The position numbers were made by a program, and so were the translations under genes. This document shows, piece after piece, positions 55,210 through 63,521 of a DNA stretch of 64,000 nt. Every line of letters begins with the position of its first letter. Within the stretch, counting starts at the first letter, position 1. The stretch is from an uncultured Planctomycetales bacterium (GTDB lineage Bacteria; Planctomycetota; Phycisphaerae; UBA1845; PWPN01): positions 15,253 to 79,252 of the forward strand of contig CAZZFA010000008.1 in assembly GCA_964653435.1 (NCBI GenBank), read 5' to 3'. The notes below the pieces were generated by a model. The model saw only the letters and a program-made list of their open reading frames with translations, was not told the origin of the DNA and made no database searches.

Positions 55210-56829
55210 ATGAGAACGATTCAAGCAACGGTCAACCCCCGGCTTCTGACCAAAGCCAATCGCCTGTTTACCGGCACGCTGCAGGGCCGGATCATCGAGA
55301 TCCTGCAGAATGCCCGCCGGGCAGGCGCTACAAGAGTCGAGATCACGAACAGCAACGGCTGGATCACTGTCCGTGATAACGGCGAAGGTATCGACGACTT
55401 CCAGCGGCTGCTCGATCTGGGCGGTTCCGGCTGGGACGATTCCCTGGAGGCAAGCGAGGATCCCGCGGGTGTGGGCCTGTTCTGCCTGGCGCCGCGCGAG
55501 GTCACCATCCGGAGCCGCGGACAGATCGCGGTGATTCATAAGGACGGCTGGACCGGCGAAGCCGTCAGGATCATCACTGATCCTGAACCATGCGAGGGAA
55601 CGGTTCTGGCGTTCCAGGATGAGCCTTGGACATCGTCCGAGGTCGATCGGAACGCCGTCTTCACCGGCATGGACGTTACCGTGGACGGCACCGCCTGTCC
55701 TCGCGAGCCATTCGCTTCGGATCAGGCCACGGCGTACCCCGATCTGGGCTGCCGCATCGAAGTCCGCGAGTACACGGACCTGCATCCCTGGCACCGTTCC
55801 TGCCACCGTGGGCACTACGGCGACAACGTCCTGGTCAACTTCCACGGCCAGGTTGTACCGTTCCACCATTGTCCGTTGAGCGAGCACCACCTGCACTTCC
55901 TGATCGACATGACCGGCGAGCCTACGGGCATCCGGCTCATGCTGCCGGCACGAACGTGCCTGGTTCAGAATGAGTCGTACCAGGCGCTGCTGGTGGCCAT
56001 GGAACTGGAAGCGTTCCGCTACCTCCAGCACCGCGGTCACCATCGACTGGCCTACAAGGAATACCTTCGGGCCCGGCAACTGGGCATCATGCTGCCGGAG
56101 GCAACACCGACGTTCCGCGTCGGGCTCCTCAGCGGCGATACGCCCGAGCCGATCGAAGTGACCAAGCCCGACAACGTGCCGTTGTCCAGCTGTTATCGCA
56201 TGAACCTGGATCCTGCCCTTGGCGATGAGACCGACGAGGCCAACGTGCACCTGCTGGCGGCATTGGGCAAGTTTGCAGAGCCCTTTGTGCCCGTGGATGT
56301 CCGCAGTGAGTACGACGGCTATTCCTGGGCCAAGCTGCCAACGGTCGACAAGGTCGAGTTTGAGGCCGGTAAGGTTATGCGGGAGTCATGGCTCTGGTCG
56401 GGGAAGATCGTGTGCGTCAAGCGGCTTCAGATCACTGCGCACACCAGCGATGGTCGAGTCTTCAGTTCGCCGGTCTGCATGGGTATCCCGCCGGTGGGCA
56501 AGTCCGAGGAGAACCGGTACCGCGAGGATACCGTTTACGTAACGCCGGAAGCCCAGGAGAGCCTGGCGCCGGCGCACATCTGGTTCCATCTGGGTGGCTG
56601 GAGCGACGACGGGGATACCTACGACACCCAGGAACATGAGTTTACCGAGAACCTCGATCGCTTCTGGGCGCTCCTGGTCGGCCCCGACGAGCAGCTTCGG
56701 CGTGATCTCATGGCGGCCGCCGATGGCATCAAACCGAGGTGGAAGGCTGTAACACTGTCCGCGAACGGCACCGTTCGGATCCGGTTCAGGAGGGGCAAGG
56801 CCAAGGTCGTTCGACCGCCTGTCTGCTGA
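55210..56829 (+). CDS. GHKL-superfamily (HATPase_c-like) ATPase with large unknown C-terminal region
   Basis: GGAGG RBS before ATG 55210. N-box IIEILQNARRAGATRVEI, G1 VRDNGEGI, G2-like DPAGVGLF. ~400 aa of unrecognised sequence follow. Confidence 0.7.
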   Translation: MRTIQATVNPRLLTKANRLFTGTLQGRIIEILQNARRAGATRVEITNSNGWITVRDNGEGIDDFQRLLDLGGSGWDDSLEASEDPAGVGLFCLAPREVTIRSRGQIAVIHKDGWTGEAVRIITDPEPCEGTVLAFQDEPWTSSEVDRNAVFTGMDVTVDGTACPREPFASDQATAYPDLGCRIEVREYTDLHPWHRSCHRGHYGDNVLVNFHGQVVPFHHCPLSEHHLHFLIDMTGEPTGIRLMLPARTCLVQNESYQALLVAMELEAFRYLQHRGHHRLAYKEYLRARQLGIMLPEATPTFRVGLLSGDTPEPIEVTKPDNVPLSSCYRMNLDPALGDETDEANVHLLAALGKFAEPFVPVDVRSEYDGYSWAKLPTVDKVEFEAGKVMRESWLWSGKIVCVKRLQITAHTSDGRVFSSPVCMGIPPVGKSEENRYREDTVYVTPEAQESLAPAHIWFHLGGWSDDGDTYDTQEHEFTENLDRFWALLVGPDEQLRRDLMAAADGIKPRWKAVTLSANGTVRIRFRRGKAKVVRPPVC

Positions 56830-56981
56830 GTATTCCCATTTACCCAGTTCATGAGATTCACCGGCGTTCCAGTGGAGATTCTGCGCGTGTGCGCGGAGCT
56901 GGAGGCCGGAGTCAGTGGCCCACGGGCACGCCCTGGGCTTGAGGCGTGCCCGCAGAGGCACCTAATCGGAGGTATCGAACC

Positions 56982-57653
56982 ATGGCATGGAGACCAACAG
57001 AGCATCTGATCGAAGGCGAACTGGACAACACCAACCCCGGCAAGGTCACGGGCTGGATGCGGTTCGCCGGCATGACCGAGAAGGTCATCTTCGACCTTCA
57101 GGGCAACTTTCACCGCGACATCCGCGGCGCCAAGATCCACCTGACCGGCGAAGGTCAGGCGGACGACCCGGAAGCGGGCTCATACATGGCCAGCTTCTCA
57201 CCCCGGCAGACCGGCGAGGTCGGCGACATCACCGCTGGATTGCCGCCTGCTGACTATGTGGCCGGCTACTGCTATGTCGAGTGGTTCTCGGAGGAGAATG
57301 GCCGCGTCGTGATTGAACTCTCACAGGACCAGGTGAAGGTCATCGGCCGGCCGATCCCGGCGTGCGAGTCCGATCCGATCTCGCGCGAGGACCAAGCGCG
57401 GAAGATGGCCGGCTTCTTGGCGGGATTAAGCCAGGCCGCCGGCGTGGTTGCGATTGCACCGGCCCAGCGGCTGGTCTCCGATCCGGCGTTCAGCCACTGG
57501 GTTGTCGTGGACGGCAAGATCGCCGGCGAAGCCCATTCGGTCGAACCCGGCGGGAACGGTCAGAGCTTCGCGTTTGTCCGGCTGTTCAACATGCCGGAAG
57601 GCGCGGAGTACGGTTGCATCGAGACGGCGTACCTTCGCTGGAAGGGCGCCTGA
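56982..57653 (+). CDS. Hypothetical protein, family C copy 2 (family C domain plus ~100-aa extension)
   Basis: GGAGG RBS. MAWRPTEHLIEGELDNTNPGKVTGWMRFAGMTEKV... is paralogous to 53402..53806. Confidence 0.65.
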   Translation: MAWRPTEHLIEGELDNTNPGKVTGWMRFAGMTEKVIFDLQGNFHRDIRGAKIHLTGEGQADDPEAGSYMASFSPRQTGEVGDITAGLPPADYVAGYCYVEWFSEENGRVVIELSQDQVKVIGRPIPACESDPISREDQARKMAGFLAGLSQAAGVVAIAPAQRLVSDPAFSHWVVVDGKIAGEAHSVEPGGNGQSFAFVRLFNMPEGAEYGCIETAYLRWKGA

Positions 57654-57787
57654 CACGTCTTAAGCACGGTCCGAAAGCAGCCTCGCTCGGCGAGGCGCGC
57701 TCCCGGGCATTCGTGCGAATACCCGTGTTTCATGAAACCAGTGCGCGGCCTTGAGTGGTCAAGCTGCGCCGAAGGAGGTGTTATCAC

Positions 57788-58006
57788 ATGTTCGAGTCAT
57801 TGAACAAGGTCGATTGGGACCTGTTGCATGCGCAGAAGCTCACGTTGCTGGTGATACGAAGTCGGCAGCGCGATGGCTCACGCGAATTCGAGGCCCTGTC
57901 GGGGATCATCCATCTGCTGGATGCCCTGCAGGATGATGCCGTCGCCGACGGCCGTTGGAGGTTTCCGAATGAGAACGACGAGGAGGTGCACGATGTCAAA
58001 GCATAG
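57788..58006 (+). CDS. Hypothetical small protein (72 aa)
   Basis: GAAGGAGG RBS before ATG 57788. No recognised family. Confidence 0.5.
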   Translation: MFESLNKVDWDLLHAQKLTLLVIRSRQRDGSREFEALSGIIHLLDALQDDAVADGRWRFPNENDEEVHDVKA

Positions 58007-58568
58007 CGAATGGTCTGAAGTAGCCCCCCACATCATCTACGAGGCCTATCCGGATCACGACCTGCTGCCGATCGAACCCCCGCACGCCGGCGAGACCATC
58101 GGCGAGTTCTCGGCCAGGGCCGAGAATGCCGCGGACACGTTGTTCTTGTTTCTCTGCCGCGAGGCGGATGATGAGATCGATGTCCTTGAGTACTGGGCGC
58201 GACTGGATCGGGCGACTGGTGATATACAGAGCATACGGGATGCGCTCCGGGAGATCCCGTCCCCTCGATCGTCTGATCCCGGAACCGACAAGCGGGATGT
58301 GACCATCCGGCTCTCGCTTGATGCGGACTGGATCGAGCTGCTGCTGACGTACGCGGATGCGCGGGGCCGCCGATCTGGGAGCGTCGCGTCCACGCTGCAC
58401 ACATCCGAAGAGGACGCAGAAGAGTTCAACGCGGCGATGGATGCAGTTGAGTCCATGGTCCTCGGACACGCCTGCGCTGGGATCGACGTGACCGATCCCC
58501 GGTACGTCGAGGGCCTGCGCACGTGCATCGACGCGTGCGCGAACAACCTGCCGGGAGGTGATGCATGA
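57993..58568 (+). CDS. Hypothetical acidic protein (191 aa)
   Basis: GAGGAGG RBS. Overlaps both neighbours. No recognised family. Confidence 0.55.
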   Translation: MSKHSEWSEVAPHIIYEAYPDHDLLPIEPPHAGETIGEFSARAENAADTLFLFLCREADDEIDVLEYWARLDRATGDIQSIRDALREIPSPRSSDPGTDKRDVTIRLSLDADWIELLLTYADARGRRSGSVASTLHTSEEDAEEFNAAMDAVESMVLGHACAGIDVTDPRYVEGLRTCIDACANNLPGGDA

Positions 58569-58936
58569 TGATGCCCGAATACGAGTGTGACTGCTGCGGA
58601 GCCTGTTGTCGGGGTACGTTGATCGTCGAGGCGTACTACCTTGACGTGGTTCGCGAGCCCAGGCTCCTGGAGGCGGATGTGTGCGGTCGGCGTCCCACGA
58701 TGGCCGAGTTGTCTGATGACGACGGCCGGTGCATCGTGCTGGCCGCGAACCGGCCTTGCCGGTTTCTCTCCCCTGACGGTCGATGCACGATCTACCCCAC
58801 CCGCCCCAACAACTGCGTCGGCATGGAGGCGGGCGACGAGCAGTGCCAGGAGGCTAGAAGCCAACTGGACCTGCTGCCCCTCCAACCATCTCAACCCTCC
58901 CAATCGCCCGCACAGAACCCGCCACGCGTGTCCTGA
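58565..58936 (+). CDS. YkgJ-family Cys-cluster protein (CxxCxxCC, putative Zn/Fe-chelating)
   Basis: ECDCCGACCRG near the N-terminus, and PCRFLSPDGRCTIYPTRPNNC later. This is the UPF0153/YkgJ pattern. Confidence 0.7.
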   Translation: MMMPEYECDCCGACCRGTLIVEAYYLDVVREPRLLEADVCGRRPTMAELSDDDGRCIVLAANRPCRFLSPDGRCTIYPTRPNNCVGMEAGDEQCQEARSQLDLLPLQPSQPSQSPAQNPPRVS

Positions 58937-58962
58937 AGGGCCCGGTATGGGCCTTCTGTCTA

Positions 58963-58968
58963 TATAAT
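58963..58968 (+). promoter_or_regulatory. Consensus TATAAT hexamer, possible internal promoter
   Basis: tctaTATAATccc lies 28 nt upstream of the ATG at 58996 and upstream of the GAGGAG RBS. No clear -35 element. Confidence 0.3.
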
Positions 58969-58995
58969 CCCAACAGCAAAGAGGAGATTCAAGAG

Positions 58996-60084
58996 ATGTC
59001 AGACCAACTGACGTGCCCACTCTGCGCGCACAGCGCGCCGTTTACGTTGATTCCCCACCTGCGCACGGAGCACAAGATCGAACCCGAGGTGTTTCGCGTG
59101 CGCTTCCCCGAACAGCCCTTGTCCACGCCCACGTTCGGCGAGTTCCTGCGAGACCACCAGGTCCGTCGCATGAACGACATCCTGCATTACCAGCTGGATG
59201 TGGCCGGAACGCGGATGACCGCCCGGCATGGTGTGGACCACCCCCTGATCCCCGAGCCCGATCCGACGTTTGTCTGGACCGAACCCGCCCGGGATGTGGC
59301 GGAGGCGATCGAGCATAACGAGCGGGTCTTCCTCTACGGTCCGAGCGGCACGGGTAAGAGTTCGCTTGTCCGCCAGATCGCAGCGACGGTCAAACGGCCT
59401 GTCCGCCGCGTCTCGCTCAACGGCGAGACCAGCGTCGCCGACTTCATCGGCCATTGGACCGTCAACCAGAGCAAGGAGACGGTCTTCGTCAAGGGCATTC
59501 TGCCCCAAGCCATGCTGGAGGGCTACATCCTCCAGATGGATGAGGTGGATGCCATGCAACCGGAGGTCGGGTTCATCCTTCAGCAGATCCTCGAGCCGCA
59601 TGGCCATCTGCTGCTGACCGACACCGGTGACGATATCACGCCGCACGCCGACTTTCGGCTGGTGGCCACGGCCAACACGCTGGGATTCGGCTCAGACTCC
59701 GGGCTGTACGCCAGCGGCACTCACGTCCTGAACTTCTCCTGGCTGGACCGGTGGGACATTGTCGTCCACATCGACTACCTGCCCGGCGAAGATGAAGTAC
59801 GGTTGCTGCACAGCCGATTTCCGGCCGTCAAGAAGGACCTGCTCAAGTGCATGGTCAAAGCGGCCGGTGATCTGCGGCGGGCCCACGCCAACGAGGAGCT
59901 GACGACGGTCCTCACGACCCGCCGCCTCCTGGCCTTGTGCGCTCGGCTGGAACGCGGCAACGAGTTCCCACGGGCGTTGCAGGTCTGTGTGTTGAACAAG
60001 GTTCCGTCCGAGGACGTCCGCGTCATCCGCGAGACGTTCGAGCACCACGTGGGCCCCTTGGCGCAGGCCAAGACCGGCCCCTGA
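58996..60084 (+). CDS. AAA+ ATPase of the MoxR/CobS (AAA_5) type with N-terminal C2H2-like zinc finger
   Basis: CPLCAHSAPFTLIPHLRTEH. Walker A VFLYGPSGTGKSS and Walker B ILQMDEVDAM. LVATANT. Confidence 0.8.
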   Translation: MSDQLTCPLCAHSAPFTLIPHLRTEHKIEPEVFRVRFPEQPLSTPTFGEFLRDHQVRRMNDILHYQLDVAGTRMTARHGVDHPLIPEPDPTFVWTEPARDVAEAIEHNERVFLYGPSGTGKSSLVRQIAATVKRPVRRVSLNGETSVADFIGHWTVNQSKETVFVKGILPQAMLEGYILQMDEVDAMQPEVGFILQQILEPHGHLLLTDTGDDITPHADFRLVATANTLGFGSDSGLYASGTHVLNFSWLDRWDIVVHIDYLPGEDEVRLLHSRFPAVKKDLLKCMVKAAGDLRRAHANEELTTVLTTRRLLALCARLERGNEFPRALQVCVLNKVPSEDVRVIRETFEHHVGPLAQAKTGP

Positions 60085-60175
60085 ATTCGTTCTTCGTCGC
60101 AGGACAGGTCACGCTCGTCACAGCGATGCGGCGGGCGTGGCCTTTTTCTTTGCGCATCGCGGAAAGGATACGCAT

Positions 60176-62077
60176 ATGCGTGCAAACCCATTTGAAGGCC
60201 AGTTGGAACGGCTGGCCCGAACACTCACCGAGCAATTCGGCGTGAAGGTCATCTGCCAGGGTGACAACGCCTGGACCGACGGGCGGCAGATCGTCCTGCC
60301 GTCCTTGCCTGAGCCCATCAACGAGAATCTGGAGAAGATGATGGTGGGTTACTTGGATCATGAAATGGCGCATGTGGCGTTCTCGGATTTTAAGGTGGCC
60401 GAGGAGTTCGCTAAGAAGCATCCCGGCTTCGAGGGCATGCTGAATGTCGTGGAAGACGCCCTGATCGAGCAGCGGGCGATGCAACGATGGCCGGGTGTCC
60501 GCGCCAATCTGGATGCCATGTTCGCGCAGGTACGGGATCGGATCGTGCAGTTGATTGCTCAACGCGGGCCGTTCGACCGGCTTTGCACGGCGGTCTACCT
60601 GAAACTGGCCCACTACAACGATCTGATGGGGCTCGATCGTGAGCTGGCCGGATATGAGGATCTGCTGGATCGCTTCGCAGCGGTTCGGACGACCCATGAC
60701 GCCGGTGACCTGGCCGAGCAGCTTCTTGGCCGGTGGTTGAACCGCCATCCACCCAAGCCCCGGCCGTCCAGCCAAGGCCAGCGCTCAAACGGTAACCCTT
60801 CGAACACGAAAGGCGGCCCAAGCAACCCTGGCACCGATTCGGGCTTGGAACAGCAGTCCGGCGACACTGATTCAACGGAAAGCGACCCGCAAGACGGATC
60901 GGAGGCATCGGGTGACAACGCGCCGGCGGACACCCCGAATGCTCAGCAACCCGATACGGAGCCCGACCAACCAGACGCGGATGCGGCATCCGATGCCCGG
61001 CCGACCCGTGGGCCGCGGCGAACGCGCAAACGACGGCGGTGCGGTACCACAGCGCCCACCGATGATCAGGACAACCGCTCTGCCGGCGGGCAGGCCGTTG
61101 CGCCCAACGGCGGCACGCTCATCGGCGAGGCGCTGGCTGAGGCCATCGCCGAAGCGGTTGCCGGCTTGAACAACTCGGGCGAGTACCGGGCCTTTACGAA
61201 GCAGTACGATCGGATCGATGCGGTGGCCGCAGCCAACGAATCCGATGTGCAAGCCTTGTTGGCGACCGGTGTGGATGTGGTGCGCCGATTGCGGCGGGGC
61301 TTGGCCAATGCCCTGCGATCGGCCGAGAAACGCTGGTGGCGGGATGATCAGTTTCGGGGATCCTTGTCACCGCGGACCCTCTACCGATTATGCACGGACC
61401 GGCGCCTGCTGGACGTGTTCCGCATTCACTCGACGGTTCAGGGGCGATCCACTGCGGTATGTGTCGTGCTGGATGCCTCGGGCAGCATGACATCTCGCAA
61501 GATGGACGTGGCCCGTCAGGCCATGCGGGTATTGCTGGAATCGCTGGCGGACTTGAAGATCGCCACAGAGGCGTTCACATTCACGACCGGTGACCGGTTC
61601 AGCCTGGCCGAGGCCTGCAAGCTCACCGGCCATGAGCACACCCAGCTTCAGACCCGATTCAGCCGCTTCGGTAACCTGGAGATCGGGCTCATCAAGCGAT
61701 TTGAAGAGCCGGTCAAGCCTGCGCTGCGTCGCCTGCCCACCATTCGCGGAACTGGCCTCACGCCGCTGGGTGAGGCGATGCAGGTCGGCGCCTCGCGGCT
61801 CACCTCTCGGCCCGAGTCCCGCAAGATCATGCTCGTGCTCACGGACGGCCGTGCCGGTTGTGAATGTGGTGATACGGCGGCGGCGCTTCATGCCACGCAT
61901 GTTGCCGGGCTTTGTCGCAAGGCCGGCCTCGAATTGATCGGTGTCGGAATTCAAGATGACAGCCTGCGTGCGATCGTTGCGGATACGATCGTGATTCACG
62001 CACTGGCGGAACTTCCGGCTCAGCTCTGCAAGCTGCTGGGCCGCACATTGAAAAAGGGAGTATGCCGTGTTGGATAA
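60176..62077 (+). CDS. VWA-domain protein with N-terminal HExxH putative metallopeptidase domain and acidic disordered linker (CobT/DUF2201-like partner of the AAA+)
   Basis: AWTDGRQIVLPS...YLDHEMAHVAF. ~130-aa Asp/Ser/Pro/Gly-rich linker. MIDAS-type VVLDASGSM and LVLTDGRAG. Confidence 0.78.
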   Translation: MRANPFEGQLERLARTLTEQFGVKVICQGDNAWTDGRQIVLPSLPEPINENLEKMMVGYLDHEMAHVAFSDFKVAEEFAKKHPGFEGMLNVVEDALIEQRAMQRWPGVRANLDAMFAQVRDRIVQLIAQRGPFDRLCTAVYLKLAHYNDLMGLDRELAGYEDLLDRFAAVRTTHDAGDLAEQLLGRWLNRHPPKPRPSSQGQRSNGNPSNTKGGPSNPGTDSGLEQQSGDTDSTESDPQDGSEASGDNAPADTPNAQQPDTEPDQPDADAASDARPTRGPRRTRKRRRCGTTAPTDDQDNRSAGGQAVAPNGGTLIGEALAEAIAEAVAGLNNSGEYRAFTKQYDRIDAVAAANESDVQALLATGVDVVRRLRRGLANALRSAEKRWWRDDQFRGSLSPRTLYRLCTDRRLLDVFRIHSTVQGRSTAVCVVLDASGSMTSRKMDVARQAMRVLLESLADLKIATEAFTFTTGDRFSLAEACKLTGHEHTQLQTRFSRFGNLEIGLIKRFEEPVKPALRRLPTIRGTGLTPLGEAMQVGASRLTSRPESRKIMLVLTDGRAGCECGDTAAALHATHVAGLCRKAGLELIGVGIQDDSLRAIVADTIVIHALAELPAQLCKLLGRTLKKGVCRVG

Positions 62078-62669
62078 GAAGCTGAATCTGATGCTGGAGA
62101 CCGCGGCCGCACTGACCGCAGATGATCTCGATTGCCTTCGGGGCGTCGCGTTTGGCGCAGCGACGGAGTTGCCCGATGAGGAAAACGAGGTGGCAACGCC
62201 AACCTCCCCGGACGTCGCTGAAGAGTCCTCTTCAGACGACCACGCTGAGGCAGACGGAGCGCCACCGTCACGCCAAGCCCCGCGGAACGCTCAAGCCGTT
62301 AACCGCCGGCGTGCTGCTGCGCCCTCGTCAGGTGTGTCGGCAGGCGAGTACGAACGTCAGCGGACTCGCGAGTCGAAGGTTTCGACGGCCTGCATCGGTC
62401 ATGAACGCGAGAAGCATGACTGGTGGCCGATCGGCACGACGCTTGTCGGCCAGATCGGCTCCGAGACCTTTACCGCGACCGTGGTGGAGAACACAAGCGT
62501 CAAGAGCAACCGGAGCCTGCTGATCACATCAGGCGCCGCGAGCGGACGCGTCTGCATCACGCCCACGCGGGCGGCGATGGAAGCCACGGAAGCCTATCGT
62601 CAGGCCCACAACCTCGGTCGAGGGGGTGGTGTCACGAACGGATGGGAGTTTTGGAAAGCGCAAGCGTGA
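62067..62669 (+). CDS. Hypothetical protein (200 aa) with acidic disordered N-half
   Basis: GTG start after AAGGGAG. The C-terminal ...ITPTRAAMEATEAYRQAHNLGRGGGVTNGWEFWK loosely resembles the SPSxAA...NGWxxWK motif of DUF4357-type domains. Unverified. Confidence 0.5.
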   Translation: MLDKKLNLMLETAAALTADDLDCLRGVAFGAATELPDEENEVATPTSPDVAEESSSDDHAEADGAPPSRQAPRNAQAVNRRRAAAPSSGVSAGEYERQRTRESKVSTACIGHEREKHDWWPIGTTLVGQIGSETFTATVVENTSVKSNRSLLITSGAASGRVCITPTRAAMEATEAYRQAHNLGRGGGVTNGWEFWKAQA

Positions 62670-62925
62670 GCCTGCGTGTCCTTCCTCTCCTCTTCTCACA
62701 TCTTTCTCCTGCGCCCAAGCCTTGGGCGCATTTTTCCCCCTGAGCCAGCGACAGCTCCGTTCGACGCGGGTCCCGCGGGACATCATGACACAAACACATG
62801 AGCGTAAGTGTGCGCTGGCGCGCCACTTATGGGCTGTCGCAGAATTCCTGCGGGAAACCACTTGCGCCCTGCCCCGCTGTGCGCTATGTTGGATATGAAG
62901 TCTGTGACTCGAAAGGAGGTTTCGC

Positions 62926-63222
62926 ATGACTCTCGGAATTCGAAAACTGATCGTTCTGTCATTGGTTGCCAGCGTGTTCCTCCTCGGGAACCTGTGGTTG
63001 GTCGTGGGCTGGCTCCAGAATCACGGCGTCATCGACGGAGCCCGTTACGTGCGGGCGGAGTACCTGACCGGTACGGCCATCACGATTATCGTCGTGCTGC
63101 TGATTCTGCTGGCTCGTTCGAACGCAGAGCGGCCGGCATGGTTACGCCGGTGCTCTGTTTGCGATCACGTGCTGGTCACGCGAGGCCGGTACTGCGCCGA
63201 TTGCGGCAGCAAGGTAAGCTGA
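62926..63222 (+). CDS. Small membrane protein with C-terminal zinc ribbon
   Basis: AAAGGAGG RBS. Two TM segments, then CSVCDHVLVTRGRYCADCG. Confidence 0.6.
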   Translation: MTLGIRKLIVLSLVASVFLLGNLWLVVGWLQNHGVIDGARYVRAEYLTGTAITIIVVLLILLARSNAERPAWLRRCSVCDHVLVTRGRYCADCGSKVS

Positions 63223-63272
63223 AGGCCTGCGGTGAAGGCACAACTGGCGGTGAGTGAGTGCTCGTCGCAGAC

Positions 63273-63521
63273 CTAGCCGCGATGGTCTCGCATGAGCTTG
63301 TCGAACAGCTTTTGGCTCATCAGGCCATCCTCGTAACGAGGAAGCCGCGGCGGTTCGGGTCGAGGCTCATTGAATCGCGGCGCGATCGGCTGCGGTGTTG
63401 GGACCCAGGGCTGCTCCCAGTGGTACGGTGTGTAAGAGGATGCCGGCCCGGCCAGGCCCGGCTCGGTTCGGCGCACGAGATCATCGAGAGACGAAGGGCG
63501 AAGCGGATCGATCGGATTCAT
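63273..63521 (-). CDS. Hypothetical Pro-rich small protein (82 aa)
   Basis: GGAGG lies 6 nt before ATG 63521 (MNPIDPLRPSS...). No recognised family. Confidence 0.4.
   Translation of the reverse strand: MNPIDPLRPSSLDDLVRRTEPGLAGPASSYTPYHWEQPWVPTPQPIAPRFNEPRPEPPRLPRYEDGLMSQKLFDKLMRDHRG

Noticed and set aside
45961-58968. AT-rich TTTATA-like boxes read as archaeal TATA/BRE promoters, which would imply archaeal origin of the element
   Set aside because: The boxes equally fit bacterial -10 hexamers (TATATT, TATAAT). The genes use strong bacterial Shine-Dalgarno sites. The surrounding genome is clearly bacterial (ECF sigma, TolC-type efflux). Sequence alone does not support an archaeal transcription signal.
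58996-62077. Annotating the AAA+/VWA pair as cobaltochelatase CobS/CobT (cobalamin biosynthesis)
   Set aside because: There is no cobN or other cob gene in the window. The pair sits in a mobile-element-like operon, and the extra zinc-finger and HExxH domains are not chelatase features. I kept a generic MoxR/CobS-like and VWA call.
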